DNA of 64,000 nt from Nautiliaceae bacterium (GCA_039831155.1 JBDONT010000008.1:29318-93317), one strand, 5' to 3'. Counted from the first letter of the stretch, positions 20,471-30,973 are shown. Made by a program: numbers and translations. Notes: generated by a model not told the origin, from the letters alone.

Positions 20471-22328
20471 TATTATAGTAGTAGGTGGAGGACACGCCGG
20501 GATAGAAGCCGCACTTGCACCGGCTAGAATGGGTAAAAAAGTTTTGCTTCTTACTATGCTTATAGAACAGATAGGAGCAGCTAGTTGTAATCCGGCAATA
20601 GGAGGTCTTGCAAAAGGTCATCTTGTAAAAGAGATAGACGCTCTTGGTGGTGAAATGGCTCTTGCTACCGATAATACGGGAATTCAGTTTAGAGTACTTA
20701 ACGAAAACAGAGGACCGGCCGTTAGAGGAAGCAGGGCTCAAATAGATATGGACAGATACAGAATGTATATGAGAGATGTTTGTTTAAACACTCCTAATTT
20801 AACCGTAGCTCAAGAGATAGTCGATGAAATTATCGTAAAAAACGGTAAGGTTGTGGGAGTTAGAACGAATTTATTAAACGAATACGGATGTAGGGCTTTG
20901 ATTTTAACAACCGGGACTTTTATGAGAGGGATTATGCATTTTGGTCCCGTTAAACTTGAGGGTGGAAGATTTCACGAGCTTCCGGCTAAAAAAATCTCTA
21001 AATCGCTTGAGGATTTAGGCTTTAAGTTAGAGAGACTAAAAACCGGGACTACTGCTAGAATTGATGCAAGAAGTATCGATTTTTCCAAAATGGAAATACA
21101 GCCGGGTGATGAAAATCCTAAGCCTTTTTCTTTCAGAACCGATAAAAAAACATTTAACCCCACTCAACTCCCTTGTTATATAACTTATACGAATGAAATC
21201 ACTCACGATATTATTAAAAGTAATTTCCACAGAGCCCCTCTTTTTACGGGGCAAATTGAAGGAATAGGTCCTAGATACTGTCCTAGTATCGAGGATAAAC
21301 TCAATAAATTCCCGGATAAAGAGCGTCATCACGTATTTGTAGAACCTCAAACTCTTGAAGCTACGGAGTATTATTTAAACGGACTTTCAACTTCTCTTCC
21401 TATGGACGTTCAGGAAGATTTTATTCATTCAATACCGGGTCTTGAAAACGCTAAAATCGTAAGATTCGGATATGCAATTGAATATGACTTTATCCAGCCT
21501 ACAAACCTTAAACATTCACTTGAAACAAAAGAGATAGAAGGGCTTTTCTTTGCCGGACAAATTAACGGAACAACCGGATATGAAGAAGCGGCGGCTCAGG
21601 GTATAATGGCGGGAATAAACGCAGCTCTTAAAATTGACGGAAAAGAGCCTATTATTTTTAGAAGGGATGAAGCGTATATCGGGGTTTTAATTGACGATTT
21701 GGTTACAAAAGGAACGAACGAGCCTTACAGAATGTTTACAAGCAGAAGCGAATACAGACTCTTACTTAGAGAAGATAATGCCATTTTAAGGCTTGCAGAT
21801 TACGGTTATGAGCTTGGAATTTTGGATGATAAGACATATGAGAGAGTACAAAAGCTTAGAGAAGAGATAGAAAAAGGTATGAAGATATTAAATGAAACGT
21901 TCGTAACTCCAAATAAACAGATAAACGCTATGCTTGAAGAGATGGGAGAAGAGAAAATCCAAAGTAAAATGGAGATAAGAAAAATAGCCGGACGTCATAC
22001 GTTTAATAAAGAAAAACTTTTAAAACTGGCTCCGGAGTTTAAAGATTTCAGTGACGACGCGATAGAACAGATTTTAATAGACGCAAGATATCATCATTAT
22101 ATAAAAAGACAAGAAGCTCAAATAGATAAAATGAAAGAGATGTTAAGTGTTAAAATTCCTAAAGATTTCGAATATAAAGGAATTCCTGGGCTTAGTCGCG
22201 AGATAGTGGAAAAACTTGAAAAACACAGACCTATCACTTTATTTGAAGCCAGTGAAATAAGTGGGGTTACACCGGCTGCGATTGATATTATCCATATGTA
22301 TATCAATATGAGAAAAAAGAAAAGTTGA
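20457..22328 (+). CDS. mnmG: tRNA uridine-5-carboxymethylaminomethyl modification enzyme MnmG/GidA
   Basis: [41 protein letters not shown]. Confidence 0.99.
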   Translation: MKQFDIIVVGGGHAGIEAALAPARMGKKVLLLTMLIEQIGAASCNPAIGGLAKGHLVKEIDALGGEMALATDNTGIQFRVLNENRGPAVRGSRAQIDMDRYRMYMRDVCLNTPNLTVAQEIVDEIIVKNGKVVGVRTNLLNEYGCRALILTTGTFMRGIMHFGPVKLEGGRFHELPAKKISKSLEDLGFKLERLKTGTTARIDARSIDFSKMEIQPGDENPKPFSFRTDKKTFNPTQLPCYITYTNEITHDIIKSNFHRAPLFTGQIEGIGPRYCPSIEDKLNKFPDKERHHVFVEPQTLEATEYYLNGLSTSLPMDVQEDFIHSIPGLENAKIVRFGYAIEYDFIQPTNLKHSLETKEIEGLFFAGQINGTTGYEEAAAQGIMAGINAALKIDGKEPIIFRRDEAYIGVLIDDLVTKGTNEPYRMFTSRSEYRLLLREDNAILRLADYGYELGILDDKTYERVQKLREEIEKGMKILNETFVTPNKQINAMLEEMGEEKIQSKMEIRKIAGRHTFNKEKLLKLAPEFKDFSDDAIEQILIDARYHHYIKRQEAQIDKMKEMLSVKIPKDFEYKGIPGLSREIVEKLEKHRPITLFEASEISGVTPAAIDIIHMYINMRKKKS

Positions 22329-22448
22329 TAAATTTTCTCTTTTTTTATATAAATGAACCTCTAAAGGGTTTAAAATGATTAGATATATAAGAGACAAAGA
22401 AATTGATGAATTTTGTGGAGATTTGAAAAAAATTATAAAGGATTTAAA

Positions 22449-22724
22449 TTGACATATATTTATGTTTATACGGCAGATAAAGAGAAGTTTGAGAGAATTA
22501 AAAAGGCTGTTGAGGTTGCGAAGAGTTTAAGTGAAACGCCGGTTTTTTGTGTAAATGACCTTGAAGCTATAGATGAAGTTAGAAAAAACGGATTTAAAGC
22601 TATGAATGTAGATGCTTTGCAAGATTTATTTAATTTAAGTGACGGCAGTGATACGTTTTATGTTTTAACACCGGAAGATACGACTTATTTAAAAGCTGCT
22701 TTTGCAAACGTAAAGGAGATATAA
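22449..22724 (+). CDS. Hypothetical protein (~91 aa)
   Basis: TTG start at 22449 after AAAGGA; host-like codon usage. Confidence 0.7.
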   Translation: MTYIYVYTADKEKFERIKKAVEVAKSLSETPVFCVNDLEAIDEVRKNGFKAMNVDALQDLFNLSDGSDTFYVLTPEDTTYLKAAFANVKEI

Positions 22725-22834
22725 TGGAAAAAGAAAAACCTTTTAATTTTTGGCTTTTTATGCTTGGGATGTTTGTCGGGCTTTTGGTTTTAACTTCTAT
22801 TGTGGTTGGGGTGCCTTATCTTTTAATGAAGTGA
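22724..22834 (+). CDS. Small single-pass membrane protein (36 aa), not in the ORF track
   Basis: AAGGAG RBS, TAATG coupling with the upstream gene, MEKEKPFNFWLFMLGMFVGLLVLTSIVVGVPYLLMK. Confidence 0.65.
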   Translation: MEKEKPFNFWLFMLGMFVGLLVLTSIVVGVPYLLMK

Positions 22835-23555
22835 TTTCAAAGTAAAATTTACTTCCTTTTCCTTTTTGACTCTCTATTTTTAAAGAAGTTTTATGTAAAT
22901 TTAATATTTTTTCCACAATTGCAAGTCCTAGCCCTAAGGAGTTATCCCAGTCGTTTTTTGAGATACGGTAGAATTTTTGTTTTATAAGTTCTATCTCTTT
23001 TTTGTCTATTCCTTTACCTTTGTCGATGACTTCGAAGTTATCGTTTATGTTAATGATTATTTCATCTTTTGAATATTTAAGTGCGTTTGAGATTAAGTTG
23101 TAAATTACTATTTCTATTAAAGTTTTGTCGGCATATATTATCTTTTTTTCGCAGTTTAGTGTAATTCTGTTTGTATTGAGGCTTTCTATTATATTTTTTG
23201 TTATTTCGCATAAGTCGAAAGTTAAAAAGTTGGTTTTTATTTTGTTGTTTTCGAGTCTTGTTATTAAATAGAGTCTGTCTATTAATTCACTAAGTCTTAT
23301 AGAGTTTTTTTGGATTTTAGTTAAGAATTTTTCGTTTAACTCTTTTGGAAGGTTGTTTTCTAAAATGGTTTGGATGTATCCGTTTATTATGGAAATCGGA
23401 TTTTTGAATTCGTGGGAAATTGCGGATATCAGTTCGTCTTTTGAAGAGTTTAGAATTTTGAGTTTTTTATTTTCTTTTTTTAATTTTTTATTTTCTTTTT
23501 GGAGTTTTTTTAACTCTTCAAACTCTTTTTTAAAAAAAATCTTAAAAATATTCAC
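22797..23555 (-). CDS. phoR: Histidine kinase, PhoR-like, cytoplasmic
   Basis: SHEFKNP H-box, NLISNALKY N-box, DKGKGI, GLGLAIV; in an operon with phoB and phoU. Confidence 0.85.
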   Translation of the reverse strand: MNIFKIFFKKEFEELKKLQKENKKLKKENKKLKILNSSKDELISAISHEFKNPISIINGYIQTILENNLPKELNEKFLTKIQKNSIRLSELIDRLYLITRLENNKIKTNFLTFDLCEITKNIIESLNTNRITLNCEKKIIYADKTLIEIVIYNLISNALKYSKDEIIININDNFEVIDKGKGIDKKEIELIKQKFYRISKNDWDNSLGLGLAIVEKILNLHKTSLKIESQKGKGSKFYFEITSLKDKAPQPQ

Positions 23556-23563
23556 ACCATCTC

Positions 23564-24202
23564 CTATTTTAATTTATATCCCACACCTCTTACGCTTTGA
23601 ATAATTCCACCGATTTTGTGGTTTAATCTGTTGATTGAGACGTTAATGCTTTTTTCGTTTGTTATATTGAATTTTTCACTTATTTCTTCTCTTGTAAAGA
23701 TTCTTTTTTGGTTTTTGAAAAACATTTCAAGCAGTTTGTATTCGTTTGGAGTCAGTGGTATTGTTTCTTTATTAAAAAAAAGGGTTTTTGTGCTTGTATT
23801 TAAGTGGTAGTTTTTATAAGAGATTATATTTGAATGTATGTTGTGTCTTTTCAGGACGGCTTTTATCCTGGCTATTAACTCTTTCATATTAAAAGGTTTT
23901 TTGATGTAATCGTCGGCACCTCTTTCAAACCCTTCTAAAACTTCATCTTCATTTGTTTTAGCACTTAAAAAAATTACCGGAATATCGTAGCCCTCTTTTT
24001 TTAATTGCTGAATAAATATACTTCCTTCAATTCCCGGCAGGTTTCTATCTACTATTAATAAATCGGGATTTTCTTCTATTATGAACTTTTTTACGTATTT
24101 GGTATTTAAAAAACCAACGGCGTCGTAGCCGTTTTGCTGAAGAGTGAATTCTAATAATTCCAGCAAATCCTCTTCATCTTCTATAATTACTATTTTAATC
24201 AT
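23564..24202 (-). CDS. phoB: OmpR/PhoB-family response regulator
   Basis: IEDE, DLLIVD, GADDYIKKPF, winged-helix SVRGVGY; pst context. Confidence 0.88.
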   Translation of the reverse strand: MIKIVIIEDEEDLLELLEFTLQQNGYDAVGFLNTKYVKKFIIEENPDLLIVDRNLPGIEGSIFIQQLKKEGYDIPVIFLSAKTNEDEVLEGFERGADDYIKKPFNMKELIARIKAVLKRHNIHSNIISYKNYHLNTSTKTLFFNKETIPLTPNEYKLLEMFFKNQKRIFTREEISEKFNITNEKSINVSINRLNHKIGGIIQSVRGVGYKLK

Positions 24203-24211
24203 TCGTTACCT

Positions 24212-24772
24212 TTAAAGCTCAAGTCCTTCTTTTGCAAACAGTAAATAAGAAGCTATCGTTTTTGCACTGTCGCTTATTCTTTCGAGTTTTTTTGCGATAT
24301 TTAAAATTTTTAAGATTTCGTCTATGTTTTCTGTCTGTTTAACTTCTAAAACAAGTTCTTTGTATAATTCATCCGCTATTTTTTCGTAGCTTATAATGGT
24401 AGAGTAAGCATCTTCTATGGTATCGCCTTTTACTGCTAATTTAAGTGTGCTTATAGTTGCAAGTGCGTTTTGATAAAGAGCGTCTATTTTTTCGTTTGAG
24501 AAATTGTATTTTTTGATAAAAGACTTTGTCGATTTTTTAATTTTAGCAAGAAACGAGCTTACTTTTAAATATGCAACAGTTTCTCTTAAATATTCTCCTT
24601 GAGGGTGAAAGAGGGCTAAAAATTTAATTACTTCGTTATCAAACTCTTTTAAGTCTATTAAAAAAAACTCTTCCGTTAACTCTTTTTTTTGTAAAGACTC
24701 TTCAATCGCTTCTATATATTTTAGGAATTTGTTGTTTAAATTGTTTAGTGCATTTTCGAAAGAACTAAGCAT
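24212..24772 (-). CDS. phoU: Phosphate signalling protein PhoU (shortened)
   Basis: LALFHPQGEYLRE, EKIADELY, LERISD..K.IA. Confidence 0.85.
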   Translation of the reverse strand: MLSSFENALNNLNNKFLKYIEAIEESLQKKELTEEFFLIDLKEFDNEVIKFLALFHPQGEYLRETVAYLKVSSFLAKIKKSTKSFIKKYNFSNEKIDALYQNALATISTLKLAVKGDTIEDAYSTIISYEKIADELYKELVLEVKQTENIDEILKILNIAKKLERISDSAKTIASYLLFAKEGLEL

Positions 24773-24829
24773 TTCAATCCTTTTTTTTGTAAAATTATAA
24801 CATTAATATATAATTTCGGATGGTTTGAG

Positions 24830-24862
24830 TTGTTATTAAATTGTTATTAAACTGTTTTAAAA
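24830..24862 (+). promoter_or_regulatory. Pho box (three 11-bp repeats) upstream of pstS
   Basis: TTGTTATTAAA TTGTTATTAAA CTGTTTTAAAA; resembles CTGTCAT-n4 Pho box units. Confidence 0.8.
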
Positions 24863-24887
24863 TTTTAAAAATCAAAAAGGAGAGAAA

Positions 24888-25883
24888 ATGAAAAAATTGA
24901 TTTTAGGTGCTTTAGTGGCGGTTAGTTCTTTTGCTTATACTATAAACGGTACAGGTGCTTCTTTTCCGTATACGGTATATAAACAGTGGATAAAAAGCTA
25001 TTATGACCAAACCGGAAACAGAGTAAACTACACTCCTACAGGAAGTGGTACCGGGATTAAAGAAGTTGCTTTAAGACACGTTGATTTTGGTGGAAGTGAT
25101 AAACCTTTGCCTCCTAAAGTTTTGAAAAAAGCTAAACTTTATCAGTTTCCTACGCTAGTTGGAGGGATTGCTTTAAGTTACAATATACCTGGAGTTGATA
25201 ATTTAAAACTTAGCGAAGCTGCCATTGAAGGGATTGTATTAGGTAGTATTGTGTATTGGGATAACCCTTTAATCGTTAAATACAATAAAAACGCAAAATT
25301 ACCTCATAAAAAGATTATTTTTGTTCACAGAAGCGATAAGTCGGGGACTACTTTTAACTTTACTTATTATTTAAGTAAAATGAGCAGTGTTTGGAGAAGA
25401 CATTATGGGGCTAGAAAACTTATAAACTGGCCTACAGACGCCCAAGGTAGAGGAATTGCCGGAAAAGGAAATTTCGGTGTTAGTGCGGCTATTAAAACAA
25501 ACGAATATTCTATAGGATATGTGGATTATGCGGATGCTAAGAAAAACTCTTTAAAAATGGCGATTGTTGAAAATAAAGGTCATTTTGTAGCACCGACTCC
25601 TAAAAACTTTGCAATAGGGGCGGCGTATGCCGGATTTGATGCTAAAAAAGATTTTTATAAAATAATCGCTTATCCTAAAAAAGGATATCCTATAATTGCC
25701 GCTACGTTTATTCTTGTACCTAAAGAAAAAGTAAATAAAGATAAAGAAGTAACAACGTTTTTTGATTACGCTTATAAAAACGATGCAGTTGCCAGTAAAT
25801 TAGGATACATTCCTCTACCGGCTAGTGTTAAAGCTCAAGTTAGAAAATATTGGGAAGAAAAGGGGATTTCTCCTTCAAAATAA
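24888..25883 (+). CDS. pstS: Phosphate ABC transporter substrate-binding protein
   Basis: GASFP, GSGTG, DFGGSD, HRSDKSGTT, IGYV. Confidence 0.97.
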   Translation: MKKLILGALVAVSSFAYTINGTGASFPYTVYKQWIKSYYDQTGNRVNYTPTGSGTGIKEVALRHVDFGGSDKPLPPKVLKKAKLYQFPTLVGGIALSYNIPGVDNLKLSEAAIEGIVLGSIVYWDNPLIVKYNKNAKLPHKKIIFVHRSDKSGTTFNFTYYLSKMSSVWRRHYGARKLINWPTDAQGRGIAGKGNFGVSAAIKTNEYSIGYVDYADAKKNSLKMAIVENKGHFVAPTPKNFAIGAAYAGFDAKKDFYKIIAYPKKGYPIIAATFILVPKEKVNKDKEVTTFFDYAYKNDAVASKLGYIPLPASVKAQVRKYWEEKGISPSK

Positions 25884-25907
25884 AAAAAGGTCTTTAAAAC
25901 CTTTTTT
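25883..25907 (+). terminator. Hairpin/terminator between pstS and pstC
   Basis: AAAAAAGGT...ACCTTTTTT followed by a T-rich tract. Confidence 0.55.
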
Positions 25908-25942
25908 ATTTTTTATACAATTACAAAAACTAAAGGTTATAG

Positions 25943-27010
25943 ATGGAAGCTTTGTTTAAGAAAGTATCTGCTTTAAGTGCTACTTTAATACTGTTTTTAT
26001 TAACCGGTATATTTGTTGTGTTGTTTATATACGCTAAACCGGCCATTAAAGAGTATGGGCTTCATTTTTTGCTTGACCCTAGATGGGGAGTTGAGGTGTC
26101 TCAAAATCAAAACAGTGTAAACAATACAGCAAATACCTCCAATCAAGTTGCAACTCTCCAAGATTCTCCTCAAATAGTTGATAGTGATACTATAGACAGT
26201 GACGATGACGCAATAGATACGGATAATGATTTGGCAGCAGATGAAGATAATGATATAGCGGTAAATGATGACGATATTGCAGCGGCTACTACGGATACCG
26301 ACATAGGAAGCTCCTCTTCTAATACAAAAGTCGTATACGGAGGATTGATTCCTATTGTAGGTACTGTTTTGTCTACTATTTTGGCAATGGCTTTTGCCGT
26401 GCCTATTGCGATGGGGATAGCTGTATTTTTAAGTGAAATAGCACCTCCTTTCATATCAAAGCCCGTAGGTATCGCAATTGAGCTTTTAGCTGCGATTCCT
26501 AGTATTATTTACGGGATGTGGGGGCTTTTTTATTTCGGACCTTTGGTTTCTTCAATTTTTGGAGGAGGAAGTGTTTCTTTATTGGTTGCCGGGATGGTTC
26601 TTGCGGTTATGATTATTCCTTTTATGGCATCTCTCACACGTGATAGTATAAATACTACACCTAATGTATTAAAAGAATCGGCATATGCAATGGGGGCTAC
26701 CAAATTTGAGGTTATAAAAGATGTGATTTTCCCTTATGCTAAAAAAGGTATTATAGGGAGTATGATTTTAGCCTTAGGTCGTGCGTTGGGTGAGACTATG
26801 GCAGTTGCTTTTGTAATCGGAGGTGTATTTAACTTCCCTCATAAATTGATCGACCCTACAGTTTCCATTCCGGTTGTACTTGCGAATAACTTTGCAGAAA
26901 GTAGTGGGATGAGTTTGCACGCACTATTTTATTTAGCGTTAATTTTATTTGTAATTTCATTTATGGTAATTAGTTTTGCTAAGTTTTACTTTTTAAGGGA
27001 TAAAAAATGA
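25943..27010 (+). CDS. pstC: Phosphate ABC transporter permease PstC, with acidic insert
   Basis: LAAIPSIIYGMWG, ESAYAMGAT, RALGETMAV. Confidence 0.96.
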   Translation: MEALFKKVSALSATLILFLLTGIFVVLFIYAKPAIKEYGLHFLLDPRWGVEVSQNQNSVNNTANTSNQVATLQDSPQIVDSDTIDSDDDAIDTDNDLAADEDNDIAVNDDDIAAATTDTDIGSSSSNTKVVYGGLIPIVGTVLSTILAMAFAVPIAMGIAVFLSEIAPPFISKPVGIAIELLAAIPSIIYGMWGLFYFGPLVSSIFGGGSVSLLVAGMVLAVMIIPFMASLTRDSINTTPNVLKESAYAMGATKFEVIKDVIFPYAKKGIIGSMILALGRALGETMAVAFVIGGVFNFPHKLIDPTVSIPVVLANNFAESSGMSLHALFYLALILFVISFMVISFAKFYFLRDKK

Positions 27011-27813
27011 GACTGTTAGTTAATAAAATCGTACTCTTTTTATCAACATTAAGTGCAGTTATAGGTCTTGTGTTTTTGTTTTGGATTTTGATTACCCTTA
27101 CCATTAAAGGATTGAATTCTATTAATTTTTATCTTTTTACCCATGATTTGGTAAATAACGGGCTTAGAAACTTGCTAATAGGGCAGTTTATTTTGGCGTT
27201 AATTGCAGTTGTTATAGGGGTTCCGATTGGAATGATAGCCGGAATTTATCTTCAAGAGTATTCATTCGGAAATAAATATGCAGAATTTATCAGAAACCTT
27301 TCGGATGTTATGATGTCTGCTCCTAGTATCGTAATAGGTACTTTTGTTTATGCGATAATAGTAAATCCTATAGGTCATCAGAGTGGGTGGGCCGGAGCAA
27401 TAGCACTTGCTATTATGATGATTCCTATTGTTGTAAGAACTACCGATGATATGTTAGGGCTTGTTCCAAAAGAACTTAGAGAAGCCGGGGTTGCAATAGG
27501 GGCACCTAAGTATAAAGTGATTATCGATATTATTATAAAAGCTGCAAAAGTTGGTATAATGACGGGTATTTTACTTGCGTTTGCGAGAATTGTTGGAGAG
27601 ACTGCACCACTTCTTTTTACAAGTGGGAACAGTGAATATTTTACTTTAAATTTAAATGAAGTGTTTCCGAGTTTAACTGTTGCTATTTACAATTTAGCGA
27701 CGATGCCGGATGCTAATTTGGTTAAAATTGCTTGGGCTGGGGCTTTTATATTGACTATTTTTGTTTTAATTGTGAATTTGCTTGGTAGATATATTATTAA
27801 AGATAAAAAATAA
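27007..27813 (+). CDS. pstA: Phosphate ABC transporter permease PstA
   Basis: PSIVIG, LREAGVAIGA, ARIVGETAPL. Confidence 0.96.
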   Translation: MRLLVNKIVLFLSTLSAVIGLVFLFWILITLTIKGLNSINFYLFTHDLVNNGLRNLLIGQFILALIAVVIGVPIGMIAGIYLQEYSFGNKYAEFIRNLSDVMMSAPSIVIGTFVYAIIVNPIGHQSGWAGAIALAIMMIPIVVRTTDDMLGLVPKELREAGVAIGAPKYKVIIDIIIKAAKVGIMTGILLAFARIVGETAPLLFTSGNSEYFTLNLNEVFPSLTVAIYNLATMPDANLVKIAWAGAFILTIFVLIVNLLGRYIIKDKK

Positions 27814-27822
27814 AGGTTTGCT

Positions 27823-28605
27823 ATGAAAGTAATGGATATAAAAAATTTTAGTTTTACGTATGCAGGGGCTACGAAACCTTCTTTAAAAAATATTAATTTG
27901 CCTATTTATGAAGGAAAAGTAACGGCTCTTATCGGTCCTAGTGGTTGTGGTAAATCAACTCTTTTAAGAAGTTTAAACAGAATTCACGATTTATATCCGG
28001 GCAATAAGTATGAAGGAGAAATTCTTCTTAAAAATTTAGAAACCAATGAAATGGAAAATATTTTGGAATTCAAAAAAGAAAACGAACTTATAAATCTTCG
28101 TCAAAGAGTTGGAATGATATTCCAAAAACCCACTCCTTTTCCTATGAGTATTTATGATAATATAGCTTACGGGTTAAGACTTAAAGGGATAAAATCTAAA
28201 AGTGAACTTGACGGTAGGGTTGAAGAGGCTTTAAAAGGCGGGGCATTATGGAAAGAAGTAAAAGACAGATTAAAAGATGATGCAAGAGGGCTTAGTGGAG
28301 GTCAGCAGCAAAGACTCTGTATTGCAAGAGCGATTGCAGTTGAACCCGAAGTGCTTTTAATGGATGAGCCGACAAGTGCACTAGACCCAATTTCCACTCT
28401 TGCTATTGAAGAGCTTGTAACAAAACTTAAAGAAAAAGTAACAATAGCTATCGTTACTCATAATATGCAACAGGCAAGTCGTGTTAGTGATTATACGGCT
28501 TATATGTATTTAGGGGAGCTTGTGGAATTTGGAGAAACTACTCAAATTTTCTTAAATCCGAAGGAAAAACACACTGCAGATTATATTGCAGGAAAATTCG
28601 GATAA
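27823..28605 (+). CDS. pstB: Phosphate ABC transporter ATPase PstB
   Basis: [33 protein letters not shown]-terminal GKFG. Confidence 0.98.
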   Translation: MKVMDIKNFSFTYAGATKPSLKNINLPIYEGKVTALIGPSGCGKSTLLRSLNRIHDLYPGNKYEGEILLKNLETNEMENILEFKKENELINLRQRVGMIFQKPTPFPMSIYDNIAYGLRLKGIKSKSELDGRVEEALKGGALWKEVKDRLKDDARGLSGGQQQRLCIARAIAVEPEVLLMDEPTSALDPISTLAIEELVTKLKEKVTIAIVTHNMQQASRVSDYTAYMYLGELVEFGETTQIFLNPKEKHTADYIAGKFG

Positions 28606-28698
28606 GATTTTTTTCTTTTTTTCTTTTATTTAAAAGTGTCGATGACTTATTTTTTATAAAGCCAAATTTTTATATAATTTTATAAAAAAGGCTTATAG

Positions 28699-29583
28699 AT
28701 GAGAATAGTTTTTATGGGTAGTCCGGATTATGCAGTTGAGATTTTAAAAGAGTTGATTAAAAAATATGAAGTTGTGGGAGTATATACCCAGCCGGATAAG
28801 CCGGTAGGAAGAAAAAAGGTTTTAACTTCAACTCCGGTTAAAAAATTCGCATTTGAAAACGGTCTTGATGTTTATACGCCTTCAAGTTTAAAAAATGATA
28901 CGGTAATTAAAGAGTTAAGTCCTGATTTTATAGTAGTTGCCGCTTATGGGCTTTTATTGCCAAAGAGTGTACTTGAAATTGCTCCTTGTATTAATCTTCA
29001 CGCTTCTTTACTTCCGAAATACAGAGGAGCAAGTCCTATTCAAAGTGCTATTTTAAATGGAGACAGATATACAGGAGTTACTGCAATGCTTATGGATGAA
29101 GGGCTTGATACGGGTGATATCTTAACTTGGGATTATACGGAAGTAGGGAACAAAACAAGTATAGATTTATTTAATGAATTGGCACTAATAGCTGCAAAAA
29201 CCACACCTTTTGTAATAGATAACTTTTCTAAAATATCCCCTTTAAAACAAAACGACGCACTTGCCACTTATTCTCCTAAAATTAAAAAGAGTGACGGTAG
29301 GGTTGATTTTGAAGATGCTTTGATTATAGACAGAAAATATAGAGCTTTTCAACCGTGGCCGGGGATTTTTACGGATAGTTTTAAAATTAATGAAATGGAA
29401 TTTCTTGATAAAAGTTCTTTAAATAATCCGGGGGAGATTTTGGAGATAAATGACGGGGTTGTCGTAGGATGTAAAAGAGGAAAAATCAAACTCCTAAAAG
29501 TACAGGCCCCCGGGAAAAAAGAGATAAGTGCCGTTGATTATGTAAACGGAAAGAGATTAAAAGTCGGAGACAAGATAAGTTAA
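28699..29583 (+). CDS. fmt: Methionyl-tRNA formyltransferase
   Basis: FMGSPDYA, TQPDKPVGR, NLHASLLPKYRGASPI. Confidence 0.97.
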   Translation: MRIVFMGSPDYAVEILKELIKKYEVVGVYTQPDKPVGRKKVLTSTPVKKFAFENGLDVYTPSSLKNDTVIKELSPDFIVVAAYGLLLPKSVLEIAPCINLHASLLPKYRGASPIQSAILNGDRYTGVTAMLMDEGLDTGDILTWDYTEVGNKTSIDLFNELALIAAKTTPFVIDNFSKISPLKQNDALATYSPKIKKSDGRVDFEDALIIDRKYRAFQPWPGIFTDSFKINEMEFLDKSSLNNPGEILEINDGVVVGCKRGKIKLLKVQAPGKKEISAVDYVNGKRLKVGDKIS

Positions 29584-30188
29584 TGAAGCTTATTTATTTA
29601 AAAGAGGTAGACTCCACTCAAAAATATCTTATTTCAAAGTTAAAATCCTCTAACCTTTCTCCTCCTGTTTGTGTATGGAGTGATTATCAAACTAATGGAA
29701 TAGGAAGCAGGGGGAACAAGTGGATTGGAAAAAGAGGAAATCTGTTTTTTTCTTTTGCTTATAAGAATGAATTTAACGTACCACTTGAAAGTTTGTCTAT
29801 CTATTTTGGCTGGTTGTTTAAAAAGAGTCTTAATAAATTAGGCAGTAATGCGGTTATGAAGTGGCCTAACGATATCTATTTGATTGATAAAGAGCCCAAA
29901 AAAATAGGGGGAGTTATTACTAATATCGTAAGGGATTTTGTAGTTTGTGGGATAGGATTAAATACTTCTTATCCCCCTTCAAAAGAGTTTGGATGTTTGG
30001 ATATTAAAGTAAAAAATGATAAAATTCTCCAAAACTTTTTTGATATGGATTTTTTGAGTTGGGAAGAAGTGTTTTGTGAATATAAAAAAGAGTTTAAAAG
30101 AACTAAAGCTTTTTTTGGGATAGAGGGTAAGTTATTAAATGATGGCAGTTTAGAAAAAAACAGACAAAGGATATATTCAAATCGATGA
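29583..30188 (+). CDS. birA: Biotin--acetyl-CoA-carboxylase ligase (no HTH domain)
   Basis: DSTQ, QTNGIGSRGNKW, KWPND, KIGG, GIGLN. Confidence 0.93.
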   Translation: MKLIYLKEVDSTQKYLISKLKSSNLSPPVCVWSDYQTNGIGSRGNKWIGKRGNLFFSFAYKNEFNVPLESLSIYFGWLFKKSLNKLGSNAVMKWPNDIYLIDKEPKKIGGVITNIVRDFVVCGIGLNTSYPPSKEFGCLDIKVKNDKILQNFFDMDFLSWEEVFCEYKKEFKRTKAFFGIEGKLLNDGSLEKNRQRIYSNR

Positions 30189-30973
30189 TAGAGATAATAT
30201 CAATTGCAAATCAAAAAGGTGGGGTCGGAAAAACTACGACTGCAGTTAATTTGGCGGCATCCATAGCTTTAACGGAAAGAAAAGTATTGCTTATAGACGC
30301 AGACCCTCAGGCAAACGCCACGTCTTCTTTGGGGTTTTTAAGAAATGATTATGAGTATAGTTTGTATCACGTTTTAATCGGCAGTAAAGATATAAACGAT
30401 ACTATTTTAAAAACACTCATTCCCACACTTCATTTAGTTCCGTCTAATATAGGACTTGCCGGAATAGAAAAAGAGAGTGAATTTTTGGATAAAAAAGAAT
30501 TGACGTTAAAAGAGAGAATTAAGGATTTAAAAGAGGATTATGATTATATTATAATCGACACTCCTCCAATGCTCGGTACTATTACTATAAATTCTTTAAG
30601 TGCGAGTGACAGTGTGATAATCCCTATTCAAACGGAATTTTTCGCACTTGAGGGACTGGCTCAACTTTTAAATACTATTAAACTTGTTCAAAGAACAAAA
30701 AATCCTAAATTAAAAATTAAAGGCTTACTGCCTACTATGTTTACAAAAACAAACAATCTCTCAAAACAGGTTTTTCAGGATTTGATTAACCACTATTCCG
30801 ATAGACTTTTTAAAAATAAAGAAAGTGGTAAGTATATTTATATTCCTAGAAATGTAAGACTTGCCGAAGCTCCGAGCTTTGGAAAACCGGTTGTTTTATA
30901 CGATATTAAAAGTTCGGGAGCAAAAGCTTATGAACTACTTGCAAAAACAATAATCGAGGATGTTGAGAAATGA
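30185..30973 (+). CDS. parA: Chromosome partitioning ATPase ParA/Soj
   Basis: NQKGGVGKTTT, DADPQANAT, IPRNVRLAEAPSFG. Confidence 0.97.
   Translation: MIEIISIANQKGGVGKTTTAVNLAASIALTERKVLLIDADPQANATSSLGFLRNDYEYSLYHVLIGSKDINDTILKTLIPTLHLVPSNIGLAGIEKESEFLDKKELTLKERIKDLKEDYDYIIIDTPPMLGTITINSLSASDSVIIPIQTEFFALEGLAQLLNTIKLVQRTKNPKLKIKGLLPTMFTKTNNLSKQVFQDLINHYSDRLFKNKESGKYIYIPRNVRLAEAPSFGKPVVLYDIKSSGAKAYELLAKTIIEDVEK

Noticed and set aside
22375-22452. 25-aa ORF MIRYIRDKEIDEFCGDLKKIIKDLN coupled to the next gene
   Set aside because: Too short with a weak RBS; may be a gene remnant but cannot be supported
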